Assembly: GCA_000165425.1 (NCBI GenBank)
Contig: CT868662.1
Span: 124,001 to 188,000 of the forward strand
DNA length: 64,000 bases
Source: Paramecium tetraurelia
Taxonomy: Eukaryota
Reading direction: 5' to 3'
Shown here piece by piece: positions 1 to 13,156 of this stretch. The position numbers and the translations under genes were made by a program. The notes beneath the pieces are model-generated. The model was not told where the DNA came from. It was given only the letters and a program-made list of their open reading frames with translations, and did not search any database. Within the stretch, counting starts at the first letter, position 1. Every line of letters starts with the position of its first letter.

Positions 1-1763
1 AAGTTTAAAAGAGATGAAAATTTGTTTGTCATTATATCAAAACATATATAAAGGTTATAGAATTCAAGCAATAAAATGTTATGTTATTTCAATAACATAT
101 TAGCTCCTCATTTCTAGAATATTCAAAAGTGTTCCAGATTTGAAAATTGTATTAAAAAAAGTAAACAGTAATGATGAAGCTAAAATCAAAAATAGTTGGT
201 AGAAATTGAACCTAATTGTCAAACAAGAAGATAAAATTGATCTGTTTAAATATTTTCTAGACCCATAAAAATCAACATAAATAATTTGATTTACGATATA
301 GATTATGAAATAATGAATAAAATTAATACAACAATAAATAATTGAAAGTTAGTAAATTAAATTGAATATTTTCTGTTTATAGTAATAATTAGTGAAAAGG
401 TGTATCATTGATTATTTTCAATCTCTTTTTAATTAATTCAAAATTCTTCCTCTATAGAGTTTGAGGAAATAGACTCATAACCTTAACTTGATAAAATTTC
501 AGGGAATTTATTACCTAAAAAATTTATAAATTCTATACTTGAAGCATCTGTTGACGAAGGTATATAAATAGATGGATTAAAACTTTGTTAATCGAATTCA
601 TTTCTCTAGAGATCAACTAAGTTAAACACCATACATTTTAAATCTGGTACTAAAACATAGTCTGAATTTGAAGAAATCCCTAATTGAGGGTCTTCTTCAA
701 ATGGTTATATTAATTATCGAATATTATTTTGGAAGTACGCTTTCATATTTGTAACAATGTTAAAGTCTCTCTTGAATTGTTGTTGTGAATTGTTCATGAA
801 TACAAAATATTAAATCTTATGTTTAAAATTATTAAAATCTTCAAACTTTTACATGATGTTTACAACCCGATATAACTGACAAATTGTTAGTAATAATTCA
901 ATAGAAAACATATATTAAAAGGATAAGAAAATTTAATTAACCAACATTCTCATACTTTAAGTTGAGGTACTTATATAAAAGTTAAATATAATAATTCATT
1001 CTAATTGTTAGAGTAGAAATTGTTTGGCTTCTTAATTAATGTTGCGAATTTTTGAATTATAAAAAGAATTGCCCGCGTATCATAAATACATTAAAACTTA
1101 AGGAATATTATAATGATAATTATATTTCTGGTCATTTATTCATTGACTTGATTTTCAACATAAAAATCCCTTTTATTATTTTATATTTCTGCTTATTCTA
1201 TCAGGAATTCAGAGAGGATTAGCTTTCTATATATAATTTCAGGAAAAGAATGAGTGTAACAACATCGTATGTTAATTTAAAAAAATGTACATAATAATAG
1301 GTTTAGGAATTATAATTTGGTTTCTCTTTTAACAGCTCCATTAATAGGTTTATGACATGAGCATCACAATTATAATATCGATTTTGAGATTTCAATATCA
1401 TATATTTTTCGTTTCATTTATAAATTAGATTGAAACATAACATTTTATTAAAAAATTATATTAAAATTTAATTATCCAAATAACATAATTCATCTATATA
1501 ATTTTTTATAAAATTTAAAAGGTATCTATCGATTGCATTTTTAGAATCTTCTTTTCAAAGAAATAATAATAATAAATATGCTAATATTTTATTTAATCAT
1601 GATATAAAACAAAACAAAAATTTGCATAACTTTGTACCAAATTATATATTTAAAAAAAAAGTAAACTCATTGAAATGATGAAAAATGTTCTACACGTAAT
1701 ACATTAGAATTGAATTTTTGAATTTGATGATTGTCTTTAAAATCTATCAATAATGTTTTGTCT

Positions 1764-3318
1764 TCAATTTATATTTTTAAATTATCTAGGTAATAAAACA
1801 GACAAACTTATTTTTCTAATTCCTATTCAAGTGATTGTTCTATATTTAGGTTAGATTCACCTTCTAAACCCTCTTGCTGCTTTAAATTCATATTTGATAA
1901 TTCTCCTTAGGGGAACTTAGGATAATCTATTTATTCTTACTATTAAATTAGCAAAATGAGAGCTGTCTTTTTGATCTAATAATCCATATTTATCAATTAG
2001 AGACTCTAATTTTTAAGATTGAATTAATTATTAGTATATTTACTCCTATCCCAATTATCTGACCAATAAATTTTATAATCTATTTTAATTTAAATTTTAT
2101 TACTTCGATAATTCAAGCAAAATACTTTTTTAATCTAATTTTTAAATTGCAAGTTCTTCTAATTTCTTTAAAAGTTTTTGCATTTTAGCCATATCACAAG
2201 ATTTGTCCTTAAATGAAATTTCATTTATTTTCCCATACCAATTTTTCTTAATTGATAAATTTTTAAAATCATTATAGTACATTTATATAACTTCTGTAAT
2301 GATATTTTGCATACTAAGTTCTTTATTATATAGTGTCACAAAATAAGATAATGTGAAAAACCAACTTACTATGGAACCTGTATCGGCAAGAATTTCTGAT
2401 ATTTTCGGATATTCATAAAGTGTCTCTTATTTAATCTAATCCAAGGTATAATATAAGATCATCACTATGTCCTTAGAAAAAAACTTATTTGTATAATCTG
2501 CATCATATGATTAAACTAGTTACTACATATTATGAAAGAATATTTCTTGTCTAGAATTAGGGAATAAGATTCCATCATCTATTGAAATCAGGCTACATTC
2601 AAGTTAAAAATTATAAAACATCAATTTATCCTCCAACATATTTAAAACATAAAACTTTGGAACCTTGTCCAACTGTTTTGTTTTGATATTGAATTGCTAA
2701 ATATAAATTTAGATCTAGAATAGATTTATTATTCCTTGTATAGGTTATAGGTGGTTTCATCAGCACATTGCATTCCCTACTATATTTTATCAGGATTGCA
2801 TCTCTTAAATGTCAATTGATAGTCTTTTTAAGCTAATTATTAAGATTAAAGTGGAGATCCTACTAATTCGATATCATATAAAACAAATTTATTAACAGTT
2901 TTACCACTATCTAAGATTTCTTATTCAAATGCAATACCGTCAATTTATTACTACAATATAATAGTGAACTACATACTTGTGAAGGATTTATTATTAAGAT
3001 TGGGTAGTATATAAGTTACTTTGGATTGAAAGGATCTATGCGATTGGACATTTATTGAAGGTAACAAATCTCTGAGAATTTGCCTAAGCCCTGAACAGTT
3101 TCTGAATGATTAATTTATTTAGAGGTTGAAGTGACTTTAGGTAACTTATTGTTCTCAATCCAATCAATAAATTAATATAGACCATATGAAAGAATGATCC
3201 CGTAGAGAAACAAGGTCATGAATCCACCAAATGCACTTCTCTTTGTTGATATTGATCTTTAGAAGAGGACTCGCTCTTCAATTCCAAATTAATCTATGGA
3301 TGACAAAAAGTTATTCAT
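1764..3318 (-). CDS. Ciliate two-TM membrane protein with large ectodomain (copy A of a tandem pair); has a 1-nt frameshift near 2720, so it may be a pseudogene or carry an assembly error
   Basis: Table 6 translation MNNFLSSIDQFGIEE..KRSAFGGFMTLFLYGIILSYGLY (TM1) ... CNPD..QCAD ... YPKISEILADTGSIVSWFFTLSYFV (TM2). Two introns lie at the same positions as in the neighbouring paralog. Stop is TGA at 1764-1766. Confidence 0.75.
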
Positions 3319-3379
3319 TTCTAAATGTTTTATAATTATATAGTTTATTCGAATCATCATTAGTATTTTTACAACTATC

Positions 3380-5028
3380 TCAACTTATTGAAGATGGCTA
3401 TTTTTCGATGTTTCTGATTTTTAAATCAATTTAGGATCCTGCTTGAGGTAACATACTTTGATTATTATCAATTTGGGTATATTGAGCATTTTCCTTCATT
3501 AGAAATAATCCTATATGTTAATCTAAATCTTCCTCTGGTATATTCTCCTGATACATCATCAATTCTCCTTCTGATTAATCTTATCGCTTTAAGTTATCAT
3601 TCGATATATCTTAAGGTTACTTAATAAATTCATTAAATTACAATTTAATTAAGAGGCTTTTTTGTCTAAGGACATTCATGTAGTCCAATTTTATCCAGTA
3701 TTGGTTCCAATTTATGATTTTATTATAAACATTTTTTCATTTAATCAATTCCCAAATATTCTTGCAAGATTAATTAAATTCTATTTATTTTGATAACAAT
3801 AATTACCTTGAGACTTCAAATTATAAGTTAATGTAACTCATTTTTTAATCAGCAATCTAATGCAAACTCTCAAAAAATGAATTAACCTTCATCATATTAT
3901 AATTTTTTCCTTTTAACCCTATTTATGTCATTTTACCCAACCAATTAGTGGTTATATTGAAATCAGCATAGTCGGCATAAAACATAGAAATGACATCTTT
4001 TCTGGCGTTGTGAGTGCATATCATTTCATTGTATTTTATGAAGATAAAGGATATTTAAAGGATCCATGTGATTATAGATCCTGCATTGGCAAGGATTTCT
4101 GATATTTTAGGATATTCGATATAAACAACTGATTTAATTTGATCTATTGTGAAATAGGCAACCAAAACTGACTGTTATCCATAAACCTTTTCACTTTATG
4201 AGATTTCATAGGAATTAGTAAACATAACGAAATCAGAGAAGAAAATTTACTGATTTGAGTTGGAAAATAAAAATCCATCATCAACATCATTTTAATTTGC
4301 TTATAGATTAAATGAGCAGTATTACATTTTTTCAGTTGAAATATCAAGAGTATAAAATTTGGGTATTTTTATAAGCTACTTTTATTTTGTGTCGTATTGT
4401 TAAATATAGATTTAAATTTGGAAAAAGTTCTGTTGTTCTTGAAATTTTAAGATCGTGTCCTTATCAGCACATTATTATCCCACATCTAAAGCATCTGGAT
4501 CACAAAACCCAAAAAGGATCTGATAATCTACATATTGAATTTGAGAAGCCGTTGGAGGTGAACCAATAAAGTTAGTGTTTTCTAGAAGAAATTTGTTAAT
4601 TGAATGTCCATTTTCTTAGACTGAATTGTCCAATCTACTTTTAAGTATTTAGTTCTAAACATTAAAAATAACTGTACCTCATCTTTATTATTAGTTTAAG
4701 TAGTTAAGATTGGATAGAAAATTAAATTTTGTGGATCGAATGGATCAATTTTGTTCTCATTAAAGGCAAGGTGAGATACCTCAGCAAATACTCCATCTAC
4801 ATAAACATTCTCAGCTTAATTGATTTATCTTTGTAATGATGTAATTTTTGGAAGTTTATTGTTTTACTACCAATCTACAAATTCGTATAGGAAGTAAGCA
4901 AAACTAATTCCATATAATGTCAATGTGGCCATTCCTCCTATTGCACTTCTTTGAGTGGGATTTATTGAAGGGATAGAGAGTTTTTATTCAATTCCAAATT
5001 AATCTATAGTTTTAAAGAAATTATACAT
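3380..5028 (-). CDS. Ciliate two-TM membrane protein with large ectodomain (copy B of a tandem pair)
   Basis: MYNFFKTIDQFGIEQK..QRSAIGGMATLTLYGISFAYFLY..NKLPKITS ... YPKISEILANAGSI. It aligns by eye with 1764..3318 and has introns of 26 and 22 nt near the 3' end. Confidence 0.8.
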
Positions 5029-5188
5029 ATTACTACGAATATTAATTGTTGCTTGGAATTTAAATGAAAAATAGATATTGAAATTGAATAGGTCTATGAT
5101 AATAAATAATTCTTTTTCCTTTAATTTATAAAACATATTTAGGTTGCTTTATTTTATTATTTTTTTTTCGTTAAATTATATTTTTAAA

Positions 5189-6281
5189 ATGGCTTCTCAG
5201 AAGAAAGAAAATAGATTATTCAATTTAACTCCTAATAAGTCATAGCAACTTCAGCAATCCACATTCTTTTAGAAAGGTTTTGTTAGTTCTAATAATTTTC
5301 CATAAAAAATTGCTCCCAATTATCAATTCACTTATGAAAGCATGCCTAAAGTGAATTGCCATTATCATGTTGATCAGTACATAACTATGTTTTGCAGATG
5401 CCAAACTTGCTAAATGCCCCTATGTCCACAAGTAAGGAATAATGTAAAATTATTAGTGCGTTAAAATCCATTCTCAAGAACATCAAGCATACAATACATA
5501 TGGAGATTTCGACACTCTTGAGAATTGTCTGACAGAGGTGTATCAATCTGTGGCTTCAAATTGCAATAGATTTGTGGATGAAATGGGATAGTTGAATAAA
5601 GTAACAGCATTAAACGAAGGGATCAATTACTACATGGACAAAGTCAAACAAGCGAGACAACAATGCTATCAAGTCATTGATAACTTCTTCAATACCTTGG
5701 AAGCAGAACTGGCCTAAGAAATAGAGGGAAATAGAGGATTTATGACTAATCAGTCTTAAAATTTTAGTAAATACTTGCAACAAAGATGGAAGACATTGAT
5801 GAGTCTATTGGAAAAACTCAACACAGAAAGATGTGTGAAGACTCTTGTTAAATATTACACATCTAATCTCCCTTAAGAAAATGAGGAGTACTATCATGAA
5901 TCGAATTAATTTATGAAGTAGTTCAATAAATGCGTTCCTGAAATCATATTAGATTAAAGTGCATTATATGAGTTAAACATTGATTTGGCAAAGTTTGTCT
6001 CTTTGAAAAAAGTGCCAGTTATGAAATAAATATCTAGAGGTTATCCTCAATATCCTCCCAATGAACCAATATAACCAATGTATAATTAATTCATACAGCC
6101 ATAACAAAATCAGACTTTGATGCCCTTAACTAATACTGAGCCACCCATAGAACCTCCAAAATAGTATCCAGTGAAATAAGGATCATTTAAATAGGAACAA
6201 AGCCGTCCCATTTAGCAGGAGAATACGTAAATTCATCCGTATTTGTTAACTCCTCCGAAAACAAGTAACTTTTATTAATGA
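5189..6281 (+). CDS. B-box-type zinc finger plus coiled-coil protein with Pro/Gln-rich tail
   Basis: CHYHVDQYITMFCRCQTCQMPLCPQ|CVKIHSQEH after removal of a 25-nt intron (5432-5456). A helical region follows, and the TGA is at 6279-6281. Confidence 0.8.
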
Positions 6282-6338
6282 TGAATATATTTAATATATT
6301 GGATTTATATAATAATAACAAATATAAAATATAATGTT

Positions 6339-7560
6339 TCACAATTGCTTGGCAGAATCAACCAATAATTATTTAAGTTGATTCACATAGGTACTATTTA
6401 ATAAGGCAACATCAACAACGACTGCACTTACTAAATATGGATCTATGTTAGCAGCTGGTCTTCGGTCTTCCAAATAACTAGAAATATAGGGATTAATCAT
6501 TCATACCCAGCTCCTAGTTCTTTTGTAATTACAGGTACTCTGATGGATCCTCCTCTTGATCCATCTCCCCACGAAAATGTGTCATATGAACTTGTTTCAT
6601 GATGACCTGTCAATCTCTATTCATTGTTGGCTCCATACAACTTTAAGACTTCTTAATGTGTGCTCTGTAATATTGGAATCAATGTATCAACTATGTATCG
6701 ATATCCTCCAGGTCCCCTAGTTTTGATGTCCGAATAATTTGTATGAGCACCTGATCCATTCCAATCCCCCAATATTGGTTTGGGATCATAGTTAATATCA
6801 ATACCAAATTCTTCTCCCAGTCTTTCCAATATGTATCTGGCCAACCAGAGATGATCTCCAATTTCAATGCCTTCAGCAATTCCAATTTAGAATTCCCATT
6901 GAGATGGTGCAACCTCGGCATTGATACCAGCGATCTTAAGTCCTGCATTTAAGCAAGCCCTTAGATGAGCTTCGGCCAAAGCTCTTCCAAAATTGTTCCT
7001 CTCTCCAATCGAGCAGTAATATCTTCCTTAAGGATAAGGAAATCCTCCTGTTGGCCAACCGAGAGGCCAAATATGGGTAGTCCCAGTCCTTTTTAATAAG
7101 AAGTACTCCTATTCTATTCCAAACCAAGGTTTGAAGTCTTTTGCTTTTTCCATGATTTCATTGGCAATAAATCTAGAAATGCATTTAAATCAAAAAATAC
7201 CTGAAATTATACCTAGCTGGTGTCTTCTTGTCTGGGAGATAGGTTTCACATAAGACCAAAACATGTGGGCTCCCTCTAAATGGGTCCTTAACATATACTA
7301 CAGGTTTCAAATATATTTCAGACCATTTAGTATTGGCTTATTCTGTTGATGATCCATCGTAGGTCCACCATTCTAAATCTGAGAGCTATGTGATTGGACC
7401 TTTGTACACCTAGTAGTATAATAAGCCTGTATACCTTAGTTTTAGATCTCATCCTCTCTCCGGTTCCATCAATCCAAATGTATTCAGCAAGGACATTCTT
7501 TATGTCTGAGTTCAATTTATAGTAATTGAAATCACGAAGATGCTCTACAGTCTCTGTCAT
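6339..7560 (-). CDS. GLN1: Glutamine synthetase (type II)
   Basis: Motifs [53 protein letters not shown] and [14 protein letters not shown], with three tiny introns. Confidence 0.97.
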
Positions 7561-7755
7561 AGAAAATACACAAAATCAAATTTCATTTAAGGTTTTTAGA
7601 AATTTTCAATTTAACTGGAATAATAATAGGTCATTTCACAATATTTCATATTAACATGAGATATTATTTTGACATTTTGTTTAGTTGATAATCAGTAACA
7701 TTTCTTAGTGATTACAATAATAATATGGATTCATTTTATATTTAACAATACATAA

Positions 7756-8170
7756 TCATAATAAATTTAATTTTTATAATCCTACATAAGACTTTTACCT
7801 TAAAATTTCCATTTTGGGGGCAAGTGTGCTATTCTATCTTTAATCATTATATATTACATAATTTGTCTCAACTAATTGTTCTAATGACTCAAATGAAACA
7901 TATGTTGGCAATATCAATATGCAAACACCTATAGTGTCATTCATTGTCTCTATGAAATTGTTACTAATTTTTAATACACAATCCAATAAATGCCAAGATT
8001 GGAAACAAAGTCTGATTCAAAATATTGATAAGCAAAAAATGTATCAGCCATCTGCTCATCTTTGTTTTGTCATTTGATGCATAAGCTCCACCTGCCATTG
8101 AAATTGGAATCAAGTAACTTAAGGCCAAATATAGAGCATGAACCAGAAATTGAAATGCTTCTAAAATCAT
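7756..8170 (-). CDS. Small hydrophobic protein, HVA22/TB2-DP1 (REEP)-like
   Basis: LYLALSYLIP ... KMSRWLIHFLL resembles the YP...W(L)xYW pattern of the family. Two probable tiny introns; the 3' end is less certain. Confidence 0.5.
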
Positions 8171-8641
8171 TTTTATATATTATTATTTTATTATTTCAAG
8201 ATGGAAAACCAAAAAAAGTAGTATAAAGAATAGACTCTCAAATAATTTTAATAATTCGGGCCTCCAAAATATATTTTAAGTGTAATCATGAATGATTCTT
8301 GGACTTTATTTCTAAAAATTTATCAAAAATAAATACAAAGAAAACCATCCATGAAATTATAAATACTTCTATATATTTTTAAATCAATATTTTCATTGTT
8401 GTCCAATTATTTATCTATATTACTTCTACTAAAGAGATATAAATCAACCTCCTATTAGATTTAATTTTACGTATATATAAGAGACTACTTACATAAAAAT
8501 TGTACAAATTTTTATGAAGCCTACAGATTAAATTCAGAGTGTACTAAAAATCATAAAATTCTATCTGATTATAAGGAACTTAAGTTATTTTATTGATATA
8601 ATAATAAGTTAAAAATTATTCTACATTTTGAATATATATTA

Positions 8642-9742
8642 TCAATCATCGTTTTCAGCTTTGTTGTTATTTTCTTCTTCCTCTTCGATATTGAAATTCT
8701 TTTCCTTCAAAATCTTCAACCAATTAGTGAATGTTTAATTTTTAATTTCCTATTCGCAAATAAAATCAACAATAGCTAAAGATATACATTAATGTTACTT
8801 GGTCTAAATTGATCAATCTTGATTTGGTCTTCCTCCTCTATTTCCAATCTTTAAGGAATATCGAATTTTGTATTGTATCCTTCAAAGCTTATGCGATTAA
8901 GGAACAGTCCTTCAGCAGGTGCCAAGATAATTCTTAATTGATTCTTGAAAAATGTGTTATCAATAAAGGTATCAGGTAATTCCTCTTAAAATATTTGAAT
9001 AACAATTCCCATCATCTTTCTAATCTAATGATAAATGAAACTTTATCCATGAATCAAAAATTTGAAGAACTCCCTATCTTAACATTTGAACAATTCGACT
9101 TAGATTGACAATATATATCTCATCGATTAAGGATCAGTGTATTTCATCCCTCTGCTGTAATTGTGGAAATTGTGAGTTCCCACAAATTTCTTAACTAAAT
9201 TGCTCACCTTTTCCAAAATCTCTTCTCCTTTCTTATCTGAATAAATGGAAACCGGAGCAATATACTCGTAGAATCTATATCTTGCATTTTTTCTAACATC
9301 GAATCCCTGAGTCACCAATTTTATTGAATGCACCTTAATATCATTAGGCAAATTGGAATTAATCACATTTAAGACCTTCGAATAATCCACTTTTTGTTTG
9401 TCCCTTAACTTTGATACTATTTCCTCCTCATTTTATTAGATTTCATCTTTAAAGAATTCCTTATTTATGCATAATTTAACTGCAATTGAGTTACATAAAG
9501 CATGAACCCCTTTATCTGTTCTTGCTCCTCTACTCCATCCAGATTTTGATAAATCATTTGCATTCTACTCCATGATTAAATTCTACTATAAATACTCTAA
9601 TTACAGAATCTTTTAGAGCTTGGAAAAGCTTTGATTCCACAGTCTCAAACTCGACTCCCTTTTAGATTTGTAAGCCATGGTAATTTGCTCCATTATATCC
9701 AAAAGTCAGCAATACTTTTTATTTAAAATAATTTCTAGACAT
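8642..9742 (-). CDS. PUS1: tRNA pseudouridine synthase (TruA/Pus1 family)
   Basis: Motifs FGYNGANYHGLQ, RGARTDKGVHA (catalytic Asp), FVGTHNFHNY, HGQSFIYHQIRKMMG and APAEGLFL. Confidence 0.93.
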
Positions 9743-10001
9743 AATTAATAAAATTATTTATATAATTAATCAAATAAATAATAGTTAAAGTAAACGTAGC
9801 TTTGTTCCCAAAAATTTCCTTATTTTTCAATAGAAAGAATTGATTAAGAATTTTGTAATAATATAGTTTTCAATGTGTGCCTGTAGATTTAAGTGAACAA
9901 ATCATAACCAAGAAAATAAAATAGAGTCAAAATAGTTCATTATCAAATCAATTAAGTTACTTATAAACAATCATTCCCAATTTACATTCATAGTATCTAC
10001 A

Positions 10002-11151
10002 TCATGAATCATAATTTTATAGCAACAGATCCTGTTCTTAGATAATATTTTCTTATTTATCATCTTCCTTATCTTTTTAATTAGGTTATTTAAAGTTTTA
10101 GTATCTTTTATACCAACCAAGTTTATCTTCCTTTGGAATATCAGCTCTCTTATTTTTTAATTCTATCACAACTTCCAGATGTTCTTCATAGGTTTTAGCA
10201 GCTGCTAACTTAGATCTTTGGTCTAAATAATAAGATAGTTGGATTACCAGTATGGATCTATAATCCTGTGTAAAGGAGTTTAAATAGATGAGCTTTGATT
10301 TCAACCAATCTGGCATCATATTACTTGGCAAGTTGCATGTATTCCAGAGCCAACTCATTTAAATCTTTAATTTCTCCTGAAAACAGAGCAGGATTTTCTA
10401 AGAGAGCTTCAGAAGACATGACTGCATCTACTTTAGTCTCTTGAAGACATCTTTCAACATCAGACCAGGTGTAGATGCCTCCATTAGCAAATACAGGGAT
10501 TTGAAGTAGTTGTTTGATTTCTGCAATAATGTTCCAATCGCATTGGCCAACAAAATCTTTATTTTGCTCCTTAGTTCGACCATGAACAGTAAGAATAGAA
10601 CATCCAGCTGATTGAATGTCTTTGGTTAAATCAAGAGTTCTCTTCCTATCTTTGAATACTCTAATTTTGCAAGTAACTGGAACCTTAATATTTTGTTTTA
10701 ATTCTTTCACAATGGTTCTATGAATTAAATGAGTGAATTTACAGAACTTATTCTCTCTTTTCTAAAAGAAAGGCTCCATAAAGACCTTTCCTTGCAATTC
10801 CTTGAGGACAACCAAAATTGAGATCGATGGCATCACATTGATCCTGGATCATTAATGCTGCCTTAATTATGACTTGTGGATCATGTCCACATAGTTAGGC
10901 AAACAAAGGTCTGTCTTCTGGGCAAGTGGTGAAGAATTCATCTTTGTATGATTTGGACTCAGTCATGATTCGACTGTGCAACATGGGAGTGTAGGCTAAT
11001 GTGGTTCCATATTTTCGAGTTTGCATTCTAAATGCGAGTTCACTTTAATCCACCATTGGAGCACCTATGATAAGTTGATGGAGATACAGATGAATTTAGG
11101 GGATCCGAGGTTTCTGTAGAATTGCCATGCTTATTAAATATGATCATCCAT
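10002..11151 (-). CDS. DUS1: tRNA-dihydrouridine synthase 1
   Basis: Motifs [54 protein letters not shown] and ANGGI. Confidence 0.95.
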
Positions 11152-11167
11152 TAATATTATAATTAAT

Positions 11168-13135
11168 ATGGCCACTGAATTATTATAAGAGAATTATGAA
11201 TTCAATGCTCCACCTAGAGTGGTTTAGAAGATGAAGTACAGAGAGGACAGGGATGCTTGCAACATTATGTGGGATAAGAGGGTCATTAGAGGGAATACAT
11301 ATTCAAGTGTTTTGAATAAATCAGAGCCAACTATGTAGACAACTATAAAGAGGATTCAAAACACTAAAGTAGTGACTGAGAAGAAGGAGGATGAAACTAT
11401 CCATGACGAGGAAACACAAACTGACCCCAATGTTGAAGAGTTAACTGACAAACCGCCTAGACATCTAAGAGAAACTCAAACAGAATTCGTAATCGAGAAA
11501 GTTGTGCCTAGATTGTACATGAGAGAGAAGACAGGAATAGATGAAGAAACTCAAGTGTGGGATGACGGGGAATTGTTTAATTTTGAATATGAAGCTGATA
11601 CCCATTCTTTAAGTATTGGTCAGAAAAACTTTGGATTTAAGTCGAATGGAAGTATTATAAGAAGAGGAGCTTAGAGAGATGAAGGAGAAGTAGGAGCATT
11701 ATTAAAAATTAAAGCAAATGGAAATGGCTGAATAGGATAGGTTGGAGAGGAAAGAATAACAGTTATACAATGAAAATATTAAATTAAAATAGCAATTCCA
11801 TAATTAAAAGTAGAGGGATATTAAGACGCATGAAAAATTAGTCAGTCGAGCATCAGCTAAGAAATATCTATCTAAATGCGTTAATTTGGCATTATAACAA
11901 TTGGACCTCAGTGGATATTTCAGAGATCCTGTCGAAATACAATTAATATCTGAATATCTACCTTGGATTTACTAGGATGTGACAACTGAATTACTGAATT
12001 CTAATCATATCCTTGTGGAATACAACTAAATGTTAGATAACATTGATGATAACATGTTTTAATTACACACCAAAACATTATCTAAAGAAAGAAGTCGAAG
12101 ATAATCAATACTAGATGAAAGAGAGAGGCAAAGAATAGCTAAAGAAGAAGCAGATGCATAAAGAAGAGAGAGAAGAAAAATTAGATTGGAAAAGGAAAGA
12201 AGATAGAAATTGAAAGAGACTGTTTATGAGTAAATGATTACCAAGGGAGAAGAAAAAGAATGGTTTAATCTGATATCTGATGTTGATGGCTATTATCAAG
12301 GAACTAATACTATTGGTTATTTGGGAGGTATAATTGGTTAATTTGTCATCATTATTAACGCTTTACAACAAGTGGGAGAAACAATTGAAGATATTTCTGA
12401 GTTGATTACCAATTCAATAGCTGCATTACCAGAAGGAACCATCATTGAAGTTGGATTAAGAGATTAAATTGATCAAATGCTAGCAGATATTGAACGTATC
12501 ATTTATTAATTACAATCTTAGCTGAATTGACTCTAGCCAACCTACCAGAATAATTAACTTAGGGAATCGAAAATGCCATCAAATCTAACATTGTCTATAG
12601 TTTATAATAACATTGGGCATCATTTGGATTCCTTCAGAATGTGAATCAAATTATAGATTTGGTTATTAAAAACCTTTTTGAAAATAGACCCAAGGTCAAA
12701 TGGTCAAAAATTAAAGGATAAGTAGATTTTCAAAAGATTCCATGCCTTGTTAAATTATTGCCAGGAATGGAATCTCTACGATTTCATCCAAAATCAGGAA
12801 AAACTAGAGTTGAAAAGTAAGTAGAGGATGAAGCAACTGAAGAGGAGATAATTAATCCTTAAAATCTTGGAGAAGCTGTGGTTGATACCAAGGCTACTGC
12901 ATTCATTCCTTAGGTATTTATAATTAAATACAATATTGTATAGAATGAGGAGATCCAAACTGCAGTCATCCATAATGTAGCAGAATTCCACCTTAGAAAT
13001 CTAATTATACAATAGATTGGGGAATAAGACATACCATGGCTTGTCAATTTCACTGATAAGTGCTAACAATTGGAGACATAAATAATCGAGATCCTCAATC
13101 CTCAACTACCTTAATTGGAAGTTTAGTAATATTGA
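11168..13135 (+). CDS. RSPH3: Radial spoke protein 3 with long C-terminal extension; +1 frameshift at about 11600
   Basis: NIMWDKRVIRGNTYS, TQT repeats and TQVWDDGELFNFE, then PILQVLVRKTLDLSRMEVLQEEEL after one extra base. One intron near 12497; TGA at 13133-13135. Confidence 0.9.
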
Positions 13136-13156
13136 TTAAGAGCATATATAATTTAA

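Noticed and set aside
1..1440. Coding-like stretches on both strands at the window start
   Set aside because: No frame could be joined into a consistent gene with plausible introns and no motif was recognised. It may be a decayed or partial gene, so I left it uncalled.
1916..1940. Apparent second frameshift near the 3' end of two-TM copy A
   Set aside because: Resolved by a 25-nt intron (GTAAGAATAAATAGATTATCCTAAG) at the same position as a 22-nt intron in the paralog.
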